Shown here in pieces: positions 1 to 7,454 of a stretch of DNA of 20,000 nucleotides. Made by a program: the position numbers and the translations under genes. Position 1 is the stretch's first letter, and each line of letters starts with the position of its first letter. The notes below the pieces were generated by a model. That model made no database searches. It was not told the DNA's origin and saw only the letters and a program-made list of their open reading frames with translations. Origin of the DNA: an uncultured virus (IMG/VR IMGVR_UViG_3300048589_000479) (Duplodnaviria > Heunggongvirae > Uroviricota > Caudoviricetes); IMG/VR virus record IMGVR_UViG_3300048589_000479, one strand, 5' to 3'.

Positions 1-223
1 AGGACGCCTTCGCGATGAACGTGGCGTCGAAGAGCATGTGCTTCGGGCCGCCGTTGGAGTAGCCGATCAGCGCGCCGCCCTTCGCCTTCACAGCGGCCCC
101 GACCTTGTTGGACAGGTACTCGTAGCGCGGCGGCACGTCGGCGTCCGGGTCCATCGCAACGACGTCGCAGAGGTCGGCGTACTCGTCGAGCTCCTGCATG
201 GTGATAGCTAGTGTCGCAGACAC
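1..223 (-). CDS. 5' end of a gene running off the window; probable portal protein by position
   Basis: Open frame from GTG at 223 (MSATLAITMQELDEYADLCDVVAMDPDADVPPRYEYLSNKVGAAVKAKGG...) to the window edge, with strong SD AGGGAGGGAG at 229-238 and GC-rich third positions. The portal call rests only on synteny downstream of terL. Confidence 0.5.
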   Translation of the reverse strand, partial: MSATLAITMQELDEYADLCDVVAMDPDADVPPRYEYLSNKVGAAVKAKGGALIGYSNGGPKHMLFDATFIAKAS

Positions 224-290
224 TTCGTCTCCCTCCCTGGCCCCGCTCCCACGAGGTCCGTTTTGCCGGCCCACACCGGCGGCGCAGAAT

Positions 291-632
291 CTAAACCTGC
301 TCGCCGAAGTCCGTCAAGTGTTCTTCTTCATTCCGCAAGTTGTTCTTCGCAACGTGCGGGTTTTTCTTCTTCTCTAGGCGACGGTGCAACTCCTCCAAAC
401 CGCGTTTGTGGCGCTTGCGGTCGGCGTGGTTGCGGCACGACGCCAGGTGGTAGCCGTCGCACTTGCGACAGAGGTAGGCATACGCCTTCTTCCCTCGCTT
501 CATGTTCCGGTGCTTGCCAGCGGCCACGAGTTCAACGACGAACCAGGCACTCTCGGCGTTGGGCCAGCGTTCCTTCGGCTTGCCGTCGCGAGACGTGCAC
601 GGGTCGTCCCTGATGTTCGCGACCGTGACCAT
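291..632 (-). CDS. Small Zn-binding phage protein (C..K.RW...A ... Y.CxxC.GYHL type) with basic tail
   Basis: Motif AYLCRKCDGYHLASC resembles a widespread small phage family; a promoter motif copy ends 5 nt upstream of the ATG. Confidence 0.75.
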   Translation of the reverse strand: MVTVANIRDDPCTSRDGKPKERWPNAESAWFVVELVAAGKHRNMKRGKKAYAYLCRKCDGYHLASCRNHADRKRHKRGLEELHRRLEKKKNPHVAKNNLRNEEEHLTDFGEQV

Positions 633-637
633 GCCGT

Positions 638-661
638 AGCTTCGCAGCGGGGTCGGACGCA
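638..661 (-). promoter_or_regulatory. Conserved promoter motif copy TGCGTCCG-ACCCCGCTGC-GAAGCT (probably leaderless)
   Basis: Same 8-mer and 10-nt spacer as 7 other copies; 5 nt to ATG at 632; 649-665 is identical to 5740-5756 (17 bp). Confidence 0.7.
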
Positions 662-683
662 GCCGATGAAGAAGAGGAGAGCG

Positions 684-2258
684 TCAGCCGGAGTGCCAGG
701 AGTCGCCCTGGCGCCCGGTGAGCAGGAAGTAGGTCGCGCCGTACACGTTGGCGTCCACGCGGTCGGGGGACTTCGCCTTCGGATCCTTCGGGTTCCAGGA
801 CTTCCACTGCCATTCGAGCAGCGTGAAGTTCGCCCACTCCGAGATCCGGCGGCACGGACACAGGAGAACCTTCTTCACCTGGTACAGCACGGCGACCGGA
901 TCGGCGCGTTCCTTCTTCGACTTGTTGTTGTGATAGATCGGCTCGACCTTGATCGGACGACCGATCTCTTCGAGCTTCTCTTTCAGCACTCGCTCCACGA
1001 CGTCGAGCACGAGCGACTTGTCATCCTCGACCACGAGCCGGTCGATCTCCGGGAACGCGGCCAGCACTTCGATGATCCGCTCGCCCCACGCCTTCGGTCC
1101 ACCGGGGGTGGAGGCGTCGGCGAAGACGTAGGCTCGGCCGTTGTAGAGGCCCATGACGATGATGCCGCACTCGTCGCTCTTCTTGTTCGACGAGTGGTTG
1201 GCGTCGATCACGCAGACGACTTCGCTGCACATCTCCGGCGTGGCGTACCACTCGTGGTCCGGGTCGCCGACGCGCACGTTCTCCAGGTCGGCCTCCGACA
1301 GCAGCGCGTGGGGCGACTCGAGGATCAGGTGGCCTTCGAGCTTCTGCTGCGCGAACGCCGAGTCGCCGGCCTCGCGGTACATCTTCCCGGTCTTCTTCTT
1401 GTCCAGGTTCGCGATGTTGTCGCGCGTGGCAAGCTGCGTCCACTCGTACTCTTCGGGCCACTTCTCCGTGGAATCGTGCAGATCCTTGATGAGCAGCGTC
1501 GCTTCCGGCGTGCCGCTCATCAGGTGGCGCACCGGCTCGCCGTTGTCGCCGAGCAGACGCACGCCTGGTTCGAGGCGCTTGCGCCAGATGCACTCGTCGC
1601 CACCTTGACCCAGGAGCTCGGCGAGCTCGTCGAGCCACGACAGGTGGTACTCCTCGCCCTCGATCGAGCCGGGTTCCTTCGACGAGAGGCAGTTGACCTG
1701 CGAGCCGTTCGCGAGCGTGAGGATGTTCTTCACGTCGTTCCAGCGCCAGATCAAGCCGGGGTCGAACTCCTCCAGGAGCGTCTTGAGCCCGGAGCGGCCC
1801 TTGATGCCGACGCCGACTGACACCTTGAAGTCCGGACCCAGGTACGCGGCCCGCATGTTGGGGCGACGGAGGAGCTCCTGCACGTTGAAGCCGTTGCAGG
1901 TCATCGTCTTTCCCGAGCCGCGACCGCCCATGAACGTGTGCGTGGACACGTCGCCCCGGCTCTCGGGATCCATCAGCCATGCCGGGATCTGCTGGAAGCG
2001 CGCGACGCGGCGCGTGGGCACGCACTGCTGACACGGACGGACCTCAACCGACGGCGGCAGCTTGCAGATCCGGCACGTCTCGAGTCGCTCGACGGCGTGC
2101 GGCGCGTACAGGCGGGCGAACCAGGTCCGGCGCATGATGCCACCGGCGTAGGCGCACTTCTCCTCGCCGTCCATCTTCGCGTACTCGTTGGCAGCGTCGC
2201 GCGCCTTGTCGGTCTTCCCGCGCTCGATAGCGCTGGCGGGTGCCTGCGGGCCGAGCAC
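684..2258 (-). CDS. terL: Phage terminase large subunit
   Basis: Walker A GGRGSGKT, Walker B SWLDELA, coupling motif SGTP, and RNase H-like nuclease acidic motifs VIDANH...SDECGIIV and SPDRVDA. Confidence 0.95.
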   Translation of the reverse strand: MLGPQAPASAIERGKTDKARDAANEYAKMDGEEKCAYAGGIMRRTWFARLYAPHAVERLETCRICKLPPSVEVRPCQQCVPTRRVARFQQIPAWLMDPESRGDVSTHTFMGGRGSGKTMTCNGFNVQELLRRPNMRAAYLGPDFKVSVGVGIKGRSGLKTLLEEFDPGLIWRWNDVKNILTLANGSQVNCLSSKEPGSIEGEEYHLSWLDELAELLGQGGDECIWRKRLEPGVRLLGDNGEPVRHLMSGTPEATLLIKDLHDSTEKWPEEYEWTQLATRDNIANLDKKKTGKMYREAGDSAFAQQKLEGHLILESPHALLSEADLENVRVGDPDHEWYATPEMCSEVVCVIDANHSSNKKSDECGIIVMGLYNGRAYVFADASTPGGPKAWGERIIEVLAAFPEIDRLVVEDDKSLVLDVVERVLKEKLEEIGRPIKVEPIYHNNKSKKERADPVAVLYQVKKVLLCPCRRISEWANFTLLEWQWKSWNPKDPKAKSPDRVDANVYGATYFLLTGRQGDSWHSG

Positions 2259-2768
2259 CTACGCCTCCGGGCCGAGCAGCAGTTCGAGATCCTCGGTGAC
2301 ACGCTGCACGACGTCGTGCTGCACCTTGAGGTCGGCGACACCTGCGCCTCGGCGCACCATCTCGGAGCCGGCCTGCAAAAGCGCCTGGATGTCCCGGACC
2401 TTGAGCAGCGCCGGGTTCTTGAGCTTGATCGCTTCGAGCCCGAGCCGGAGCATGATCTGGCCGGCGGCGTACTGCGTGGCGAGCGCCTCGTCCTCGCGCG
2501 GCTGGATCGCTGACGTGATCGCCACCACGGTCGCATCGTAGGCGCGGCACCGATCGTCCCATGCGTGCTTCGCAGCGGCGGCGCGCAGCAGCTTGACGGG
2601 GATTCCGACGAGACGAGCGGCGCGCGCGATCTCTCGCGTCTCGCCGAGCTCGGCGTAGCGCACGAACCAGGCGTACTCGTAGTTCGTCTCGCCGGTGCGC
2701 TGCTCCCAGACGGGGCGCGCTGTCAGCGAGTCGATTGCGTGGTCGTCGTGCGGAACGATGTCAGTCAT
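2259..2768 (-). CDS. terS: Probable terminase small subunit (169 aa)
   Basis: Start reassigned to ATG 2768 (TGATG overlap with upstream stop). WEQRTGET..YAWF.RY.ELG.TR...W.DR..AYD pattern recalled for TerS-like HTH proteins; abuts terL. Confidence 0.75.
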   Translation of the reverse strand: MTDIVPHDDHAIDSLTARPVWEQRTGETNYEYAWFVRYAELGETREIARAARLVGIPVKLLRAAAAKHAWDDRCRAYDATVVAITSAIQPREDEALATQYAAGQIMLRLGLEAIKLKNPALLKVRDIQALLQAGSEMVRRGAGVADLKVQHDVVQRVTEDLELLLGPEA

Positions 2769-3103
2769 CAGTGCAGGTCCATCGACAGCTTCGCGAGCGC
2801 CAGGCCGGACGCGCGCATTTCCTTCGAGTCGCCGAGCTCGGCTGCGATCTCGTAGCTCTTCTGGACACGCCCCCATGCGAGCACGAGCGTCCATGCGCCC
2901 TGGAGCTCTGGCGGCGCCGACTCGGTGAGCTCGTACAGCGCGCGCGCCGCAGCTTCGTCGCCGACCTCGCGGGCCAGCGCCGGCACGTTGCCGAGCACGA
3001 GCAGGCGGTCGATCAGATCCTTCATCGCCAGGTCGTGCGGGTTCATGACCGCGCGCGTCGTGGCCTCGATCTTCTTCCGTCGCTGGATCTCTTCGTAAGT
3101 CAT
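2768..3103 (-). CDS. Hypothetical protein (111 aa)
   Basis: MTYEEIQRRKK...; start/stop overlaps with both neighbours; phage-like codon usage. Confidence 0.75.
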   Translation of the reverse strand: MTYEEIQRRKKIEATTRAVMNPHDLAMKDLIDRLLVLGNVPALAREVGDEAAARALYELTESAPPELQGAWTLVLAWGRVQKSYEIAAELGDSKEMRASGLALAKLSMDLH

Positions 3104-3666
3104 GAGTACCGCCGTCCCGACTCGTGCATGGCGTCGCGGTCGCGCTCGGCGAAGTGCTCCTTCGTGTCGCGCCACTCCGCACGCTCGCGCAGGTCCACAT
3201 CGACCACGCCGCGCAGCACGAACTTCGTGTAGTGGTGCACTTCTTCGTCCGACATTTCACCCTTCATGTACCGCTCCATTTCCTTGCGCGGAGGGCGGGT
3301 GATCGACCAGTGCGTGCACGCGATCTCTTCGAGAACGCGCTTGCGGATCCACAGGTAGAGGTAGGTGTCAGCCTGGATCGGCCGGCCTTTGTAGAGCTTG
3401 CGCGGCTCGTAGCGATCGATGCCTTCGAGGACGCCTTGCCGCGATGCTTGTTCGAGGTCGGCGATCTCGACCCGCGTGTGGCGCGGCATCTTGTTCGCGT
3501 ACTGCTGCGCGATCTTCGGACCCATCGGCATCGCGAGCTCGATTGCCAGGTCGCGCGCCGGCACGAGATACACGCCGTTCTCGCGCGCCTCGTGGATCGT
3601 GTTGTACGGGCCGATCGCGTCGAGGATCACCTGGCGCACTCGTGCGTGGTCGATTCGCTCGCTCAA
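3100..3666 (-). CDS. Short sigma-70-like protein (region 2 only recognisable)
   Basis: ADLEQASRQGVLEGIDRYEP...DTYLYLWIRKRVLEEI matches the sigma region 2.2-2.4 pattern DL.Q....G......RFDP....TY...WIR; no region-4 HTH seen; TTGA overlap with upstream gene. Confidence 0.75.
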   Translation of the reverse strand: MSERIDHARVRQVILDAIGPYNTIHEARENGVYLVPARDLAIELAMPMGPKIAQQYANKMPRHTRVEIADLEQASRQGVLEGIDRYEPRKLYKGRPIQADTYLYLWIRKRVLEEIACTHWSITRPPRKEMERYMKGEMSDEEVHHYTKFVLRGVVDVDLRERAEWRDTKEHFAERDRDAMHESGRRYS

Positions 3667-3914
3667 GTTGTGCCCCCCGGTGGCGGCACGGGAACGGCCA
3701 CCTTCGCGTCGTAGATCTCGGCGACGTGTTCCAGGTTCTCGATCGAGCGCTCCGCGATCTCGGCGCCATGCAGCAGTGCCTCTATCGCGTCGCCCTGGTA
3801 CGTCTCACGACCGCGCGGGCCGTTCTCGATCGCGTCTGCCAGGTGGGTGAGCATCGACCGCGTGGACTCGGTGCGGGCGATCTCTTCGTCAAGGTGTTGG
3901 CGTGCTGGGTCCAT
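3663..3914 (-). CDS. Hypothetical protein (83 aa)
   Basis: Overlaps both neighbours; helical, acidic composition. Confidence 0.7.
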   Translation of the reverse strand: MDPARQHLDEEIARTESTRSMLTHLADAIENGPRGRETYQGDAIEALLHGAEIAERSIENLEHVAEIYDAKVAVPVPPPGGTT

Positions 3915-4227
3915 CGTCGCCGGGCATGGTAGCGGCGGTGCGCGGGCGCCCCTGATCGATCCACAGGGCGACCGTCTGCTCGGAGCGGCGCCACTGCGGG
4001 ATCGGGCACGTCAGCCACTCGCGAATCTCGGCGAGCAGCCACAGGCGCCGGTTGGCGATGCGCGCCACGGGTGCCGGCATGGGGCCGTACAGCGCGTGCT
4101 CACGTCGTCCTGTCGCGTAGCTGCGCAGCGCGGCGTACTCCGGCGCCCCTTGCAGCTTCGAGACGTCCACGAGCCCCACGACCTCGTGAGGCTGGTACGT
4201 CGTTCGGTGCCACTCCGGAATCTCCAT
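3889..4227 (-). CDS. AlpA/excisionase-like HTH DNA-binding protein (112 aa)
   Basis: From ATG 4227: VVGLVDVSKL...MPAPVARIANRRLWLLAEIREW resembles the AlpA-like P.PV......W...EI..W motif; TAACCT lies 7 nt upstream. Confidence 0.65.
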   Translation of the reverse strand: MEIPEWHRTTYQPHEVVGLVDVSKLQGAPEYAALRSYATGRREHALYGPMPAPVARIANRRLWLLAEIREWLTCPIPQWRRSEQTVALWIDQGRPRTAATMPGDDGPSTPTP

Positions 4228-4234
4228 AGAAGAC

Positions 4235-4258
4235 AGGTTAGCCCGGCCGATGCACGAG
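4235..4258 (-). promoter_or_regulatory. Leaderless promoter: -10 TAACCT with degenerate upstream element (CGTGCA-N10)
   Basis: TANNNT 7 nt before ATG 4227; the hexamer 10 nt further upstream matches CGTCCG at 4 of 6 positions. Confidence 0.5.
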
Positions 4259-4298
4259 GCATCGACCGGGCCATTCTGCCGAGCTTCTGACTGGACGA

Positions 4299-5678
4299 TC
4301 AGAAGTCGATGTCGTCCTCCGTCGCCGCGCCGCTCCCCACGGCAGCAGCGACGGGCTGGGCGACTGGCGCCGGTGCCGCAACGGGCGCGGCGGCCACGGG
4401 CTCCTGCGCCGGCACGGGAGCGGGGGCGACAGCAGCCACAGGCGCCGGTGCCGGAGCAGCGACGGGAGCGGGTGCCGGAGCCGCAGCGACCGGAGCCGGA
4501 GCGGGAGCAACCTGCGCCACTGGCGCCGGTGCCGGAGCGACGGGGGCCGGAGCCGCCGCCACAGGTGCCGGAGCGACGACCGTCGCCCCGAAGGTGTCGG
4601 CGAGGTTCTGCACGCCAGGATCCGGGGATCCCACCGCGTTCGCGAACGCCTGGTCGAGCTCCGCTGCCTGCGGGCTGATCGGAGCGACGACCTGCGCCGG
4701 TGCTGCCGGAGCGGGTGCTGCCGGGATCGCAGCCTCCACGTCGGCGTACACCGGGGCGGGCTGGGCCACCGGAGCGGCCACGGGAGCCGCCACGGGGACC
4801 GGAGCGCCCACCGCAGCCACCGGGACGGGCTGGCCCACCGGAAGCGCTGCGAGTGGAGCAGCGGGTGCCGCGAGCTCGGCGGGCTGTGCGACGCCGCGCG
4901 AGATCGCGAACGGGTCGGACGAGATCACCGGCTTCAGACCGGCCGCGAACTCCGTGGTCTGCGCGAGCAGAGCGGGTTCGAGGGGTCGTCCGGGGTGGAA
5001 CTCGACCTTCGAGTAGATCACGTTGCCCGGCCCCTGCTCCGGCGTGAGCGTCAGGATCGTCTCGACCGACGCGAGGCGAATGCCGCGCGTCAGCAGGCGA
5101 CCCTTGTAGCCCTTGCCTCGACCTTCCCACGCGGGGATCGACGCGGCCGACAGGCGCACGAGGTACGGGATCGGAGCCGGCGAGCCGTGCAGCACCATGA
5201 AGAGCTCGCGGTAGCTGCTGTTCACGGGCGTGTCGGTGTTGCGGCCGGGGATGACCACGCCACCGTCCTTCGGGAACTTGTTGTACGGGCACTCGGCCAG
5301 GTTGCGCGAGGGGAACGGGAGCGACCATCCGTTCGCTGCGTTGAGCGCGGCGATCTTCTCGTATGTCTCCTGCGGCACGACCTGCACCACGCCGTCGTTG
5401 CTCCAGGCGTCCGGTCGGCGGCCGCCCTCGTCGCTGTCCTCGAACTTCTCGAGGTACAACTGCGTGGAGGGGCGGTGCCCGACGATCACGCCTCGGAGCT
5501 CGCGGGTGGGCTGGAAGGTGGGATCGTCCCGGTCCTCCCAGGTGGTGCCGCCACCGGCGGGAACCTTGATGCGGGGGAAGTCGGGCTGGAAGTCCGGGCC
5601 GCCCTCCTCGCGCCAGACCTCGGCGAGCGCGGAGGCGCCAGCGAGGTTGTATTCGGAAGCTACTGCGACTTCGCTCAT
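4299..5678 (-). CDS. Putative phage single-stranded DNA-binding protein with long Ala/Pro linker and acidic tip
   Basis: N-terminal FPRIKVPAGGG...GVIVGH...PDAWSNDG resembles a phage replication-module family; ends in EDDIDF like SSB C-terminal tips; SD AAGGA upstream. Confidence 0.6.
   Translation of the reverse strand: MSEVAVASEYNLAGASALAEVWREEGGPDFQPDFPRIKVPAGGGTTWEDRDDPTFQPTRELRGVIVGHRPSTQLYLEKFEDSDEGGRRPDAWSNDGVVQVVPQETYEKIAALNAANGWSLPFPSRNLAECPYNKFPKDGGVVIPGRNTDTPVNSSYRELFMVLHGSPAPIPYLVRLSAASIPAWEGRGKGYKGRLLTRGIRLASVETILTLTPEQGPGNVIYSKVEFHPGRPLEPALLAQTTEFAAGLKPVISSDPFAISRGVAQPAELAAPAAPLAALPVGQPVPVAAVGAPVPVAAPVAAPVAQPAPVYADVEAAIPAAPAPAAPAQVVAPISPQAAELDQAFANAVGSPDPGVQNLADTFGATVVAPAPVAAAPAPVAPAPAPVAQVAPAPAPVAAAPAPAPVAAPAPAPVAAVAPAPVPAQEPVAAAPVAAPAPVAQPVAAAVGSGAATEDDIDF
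4330..4870 (-). repeat. Low-complexity coding repeats (APAPVAA / APVAQP)
   Basis: Repeated GCCGGTGCCGGAGC-like units encoding Ala/Pro/Val-rich repeats within 4299..5678. Confidence 0.8.
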
Positions 5679-5728
5679 TCTGTGTCCTTCATCGTGATTT
5701 CCGTGGCCGCCTTTTGAGCGGTGGGAAG

Positions 5729-5752
5729 ATCATGAAGAAGGGGTCGGACGCA
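5729..5752 (-). promoter_or_regulatory. Conserved promoter motif copy TGCGTCCG-ACCCCTTCTT-CATGAT
   Basis: Intergenic, 50 nt upstream of ATG 5678 and just downstream of hairpin 5770-5795. Confidence 0.85.
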
Positions 5753-5769
5753 GCCGTTGCAGATGCAGC

Positions 5770-5795
5770 AGGGCGGCCCCGTGTGGAGCCGCCCT
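5770..5795 (-). terminator. GC-rich hairpin, likely terminator
   Basis: - strand AGGGCGGCTCC-ACAC-GGGGCCGCCCT, 27 nt after the stop at 5823; no U-tract. Confidence 0.65.
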
Positions 5796-5822
5796 TCGCG
5801 ATGGAACCTGGTTGTTGTCGAG

Positions 5823-5978
5823 CTACTTGCGCTTGAAGTAGATCGTCTTGTTCTCGGCGTCGTTGTCCTGGATCTCGTCGAACTCGTAGCCGTCGGGTGC
5901 GCTGATCTCGTAGCTCACCGTGGCGCCGTCGTTCTCGACCAGTGCGGGGCTGACGCCCAGGGTCACGTCGTCATCCAT
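5823..5978 (-). CDS. Small acidic protein (51 aa)
   Basis: MDDDVTLGVSPALVENDG...IYFKRK; bracketed by promoter motif 6013-6036 and hairpin 5770-5795. Confidence 0.7.
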   Translation of the reverse strand: MDDDVTLGVSPALVENDGATVSYEISAPDGYEFDEIQDNDAENKTIYFKRK

Positions 5979-6012
5979 GTTGCACTCGCTTTCGTTCGTG
6001 GTTGGCTGGAAC

Positions 6013-6036
6013 ATCATGAAGAAGCGGTCGGACGCT
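6013..6036 (-). promoter_or_regulatory. Conserved promoter motif copy AGCGTCCG-ACCGCTTCTT-CATGAT
   Basis: 34 nt upstream of ATG 5978; overlaps the stop codon of the upstream ORF. Confidence 0.85.
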
Positions 6037-6136
6037 AGAACGCGCCGCCTCGACGAGCGGTAGCTGTCACCATGCCGAGCCACAGCGCGGGGCGATAGCA
6101 CGTCACGAGCCAGGCACCGTGGTACGCCTGCGTCAT
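6035..6136 (-). CDS. Possible 33-aa peptide
   Basis: MTQAYHGAWLVTCYRPALWLGMVTATARRGGAF; ATGA overlap with upstream stop, and its own stop abuts the promoter motif. Confidence 0.4.
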   Translation of the reverse strand: MTQAYHGAWLVTCYRPALWLGMVTATARRGGAF

Positions 6137-6366
6137 CGCAGCTTCGCCCCAACGCTCTCGACGAGAACGATCCGCATGGCGCCTGTCATGGCGCTGCGCA
6201 CGCCGATCGCGCCGCCAGCCTGGAGCAGGTGCACGTTCTCGGCCTGCTCTGCCAGCGGGAAGAACGGGACGGGCGGCGACTCGAAGCCGCACGAGCACAC
6301 GGCCTTCATCTGCTGGCCCGGAGCTTCGGGTGCCGGGGCGATCGTTGTCTCGTGCGGGACCGTCAT
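6133..6366 (-). CDS. Hypothetical protein with CSCG...H putative Zn site (77 aa)
   Basis: Start at ATG 6366 (ATGA overlap); AVCSCGFES...NVH. Confidence 0.65.
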   Translation of the reverse strand: MTVPHETTIAPAPEAPGQQMKAVCSCGFESPPVPFFPLAEQAENVHLLQAGGAIGVRSAMTGAMRIVLVESVGAKLR

Positions 6367-6890
6367 GCCGTCTGCTCCTGGAACACGAGCTCGAAGAAGT
6401 CGAGCCAATGGTCCTCCATCATCCACCCGTCGATTCCGAGCAGGGAGCGGAGGTCGATTCGATAGAGGGCTGTGCGTCGCTCGTGGCGCTCGTCGTCGAT
6501 CCATCGATCCGGCGAGAGGTTGTCGCGCAGGTCGGAGATCTTCGCGGCGCGCGCCAGGCCGTTGCGCTTCACGCGGAGCATGTAGTCGTCGCGCGACTCG
6601 CCCTCGCGGTGGGTGATCGCGTCAACTGCGGTTGCGATACGCCGGCCGAACTTCGCCTCGATGTGGCCGACCTCCCACTTCGTATCCTCCACGACGTCGT
6701 GCAGGGCGCCGACGATCATCGCCTCGACGGAGTGCCAGGAGCAGTTCGCCGACACGCGCAGCGCGTGCTCGATGTACGGGTGGCCGCTCTTGTCGGTCTG
6801 CCCGGCGTGCGCCATGACAGCGAAGCAGTGCGCCATGCCGAGGTTGTCGAGCGACGGTATCCAACTGCCGCCCTTGACGTGCCTACTCAT
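6363..6890 (-). CDS. HD-domain protein, SpoT/MESH1-like (small alarmone hydrolase-like)
   Basis: AHAGQTDKSGHPYIEHALRV...GALHDVVEDT...AKISDLRDNL match RelA/SpoT HD motifs. Confidence 0.85.
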   Translation of the reverse strand: MSRHVKGGSWIPSLDNLGMAHCFAVMAHAGQTDKSGHPYIEHALRVSANCSWHSVEAMIVGALHDVVEDTKWEVGHIEAKFGRRIATAVDAITHREGESRDDYMLRVKRNGLARAAKISDLRDNLSPDRWIDDERHERRTALYRIDLRSLLGIDGWMMEDHWLDFFELVFQEQTA

Positions 6891-7212
6891 AGTCCTCGAC
6901 CTCTTCTTCGACGTCCACCTGGACGTGTTCTTCGTGGGATGGTACAGACTTGATCGGCGTCGGCTTCCAGCCCTCGGCCTCGCCAGCGGTCCAGCCCTTG
7001 ATCCTGTCGGCGTGCGTGAGCTTGCGCCCGTCGCGTTCGAGTTGGACCATGTGCACGATCGGCGCGGCGTCCAGCGCGATCTTCTTCTCGCCGCCTATCC
7101 ACCGCTCGCGCGGCCCGCTGATCTCCACCCGAACGAGGAGGGGCCGCGACGCGATCATGTGCGCCGGCAGCCCCTCGAACGGGTCAACGTCTGGACGAAG
7201 GAAGCCCGTCAC
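6883..7212 (-). CDS. Hypothetical protein (109 aa)
   Basis: GTG 7212 in GTGA overlap; acidic C-terminus. Confidence 0.65.
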   Translation of the reverse strand: MTGFLRPDVDPFEGLPAHMIASRPLLVRVEISGPRERWIGGEKKIALDAAPIVHMVQLERDGRKLTHADRIKGWTAGEAEGWKPTPIKSVPSHEEHVQVDVEEEVEDYE

Positions 7213-7454
7213 GACTTGTCCACCACGATCTCGAGCGGCCGGTACTTCCAGCGCGCCCGGTTGCGATTCCATGACTCGGCCCACGACAGGGCGCAGCGCC
7301 AGGTCGCATGGTCGCCGCCGGTGATGTAGCGCTTCCGAGCTCGGTGTCCAGATGGTCGCCTGCTCTTCGCGTCCCAGCCGTTGTATTCGCGGCTGATGAT
7401 CCAACGCCCGTTGCGGTCGCGGTGCACGACCATGTTCTCGGTTTCCGAGCTCAT
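7209..7454 (-). CDS. Hypothetical basic Trp-rich protein (81 aa)
   Basis: ATG 7454 in ATGA overlap; MSSETENMVVHRDRNGRW... Confidence 0.65.
   Translation of the reverse strand: MSSETENMVVHRDRNGRWIISREYNGWDAKSRRPSGHRARKRYITGGDHATWRCALSWAESWNRNRARWKYRPLEIVVDKS

Noticed and set aside
210..224. Palindrome AGTGTC-GCA-GACACT over the probable portal start codon
   Set aside because: Single 6-bp inverted repeat with no second copy found; too weak to call an operator.
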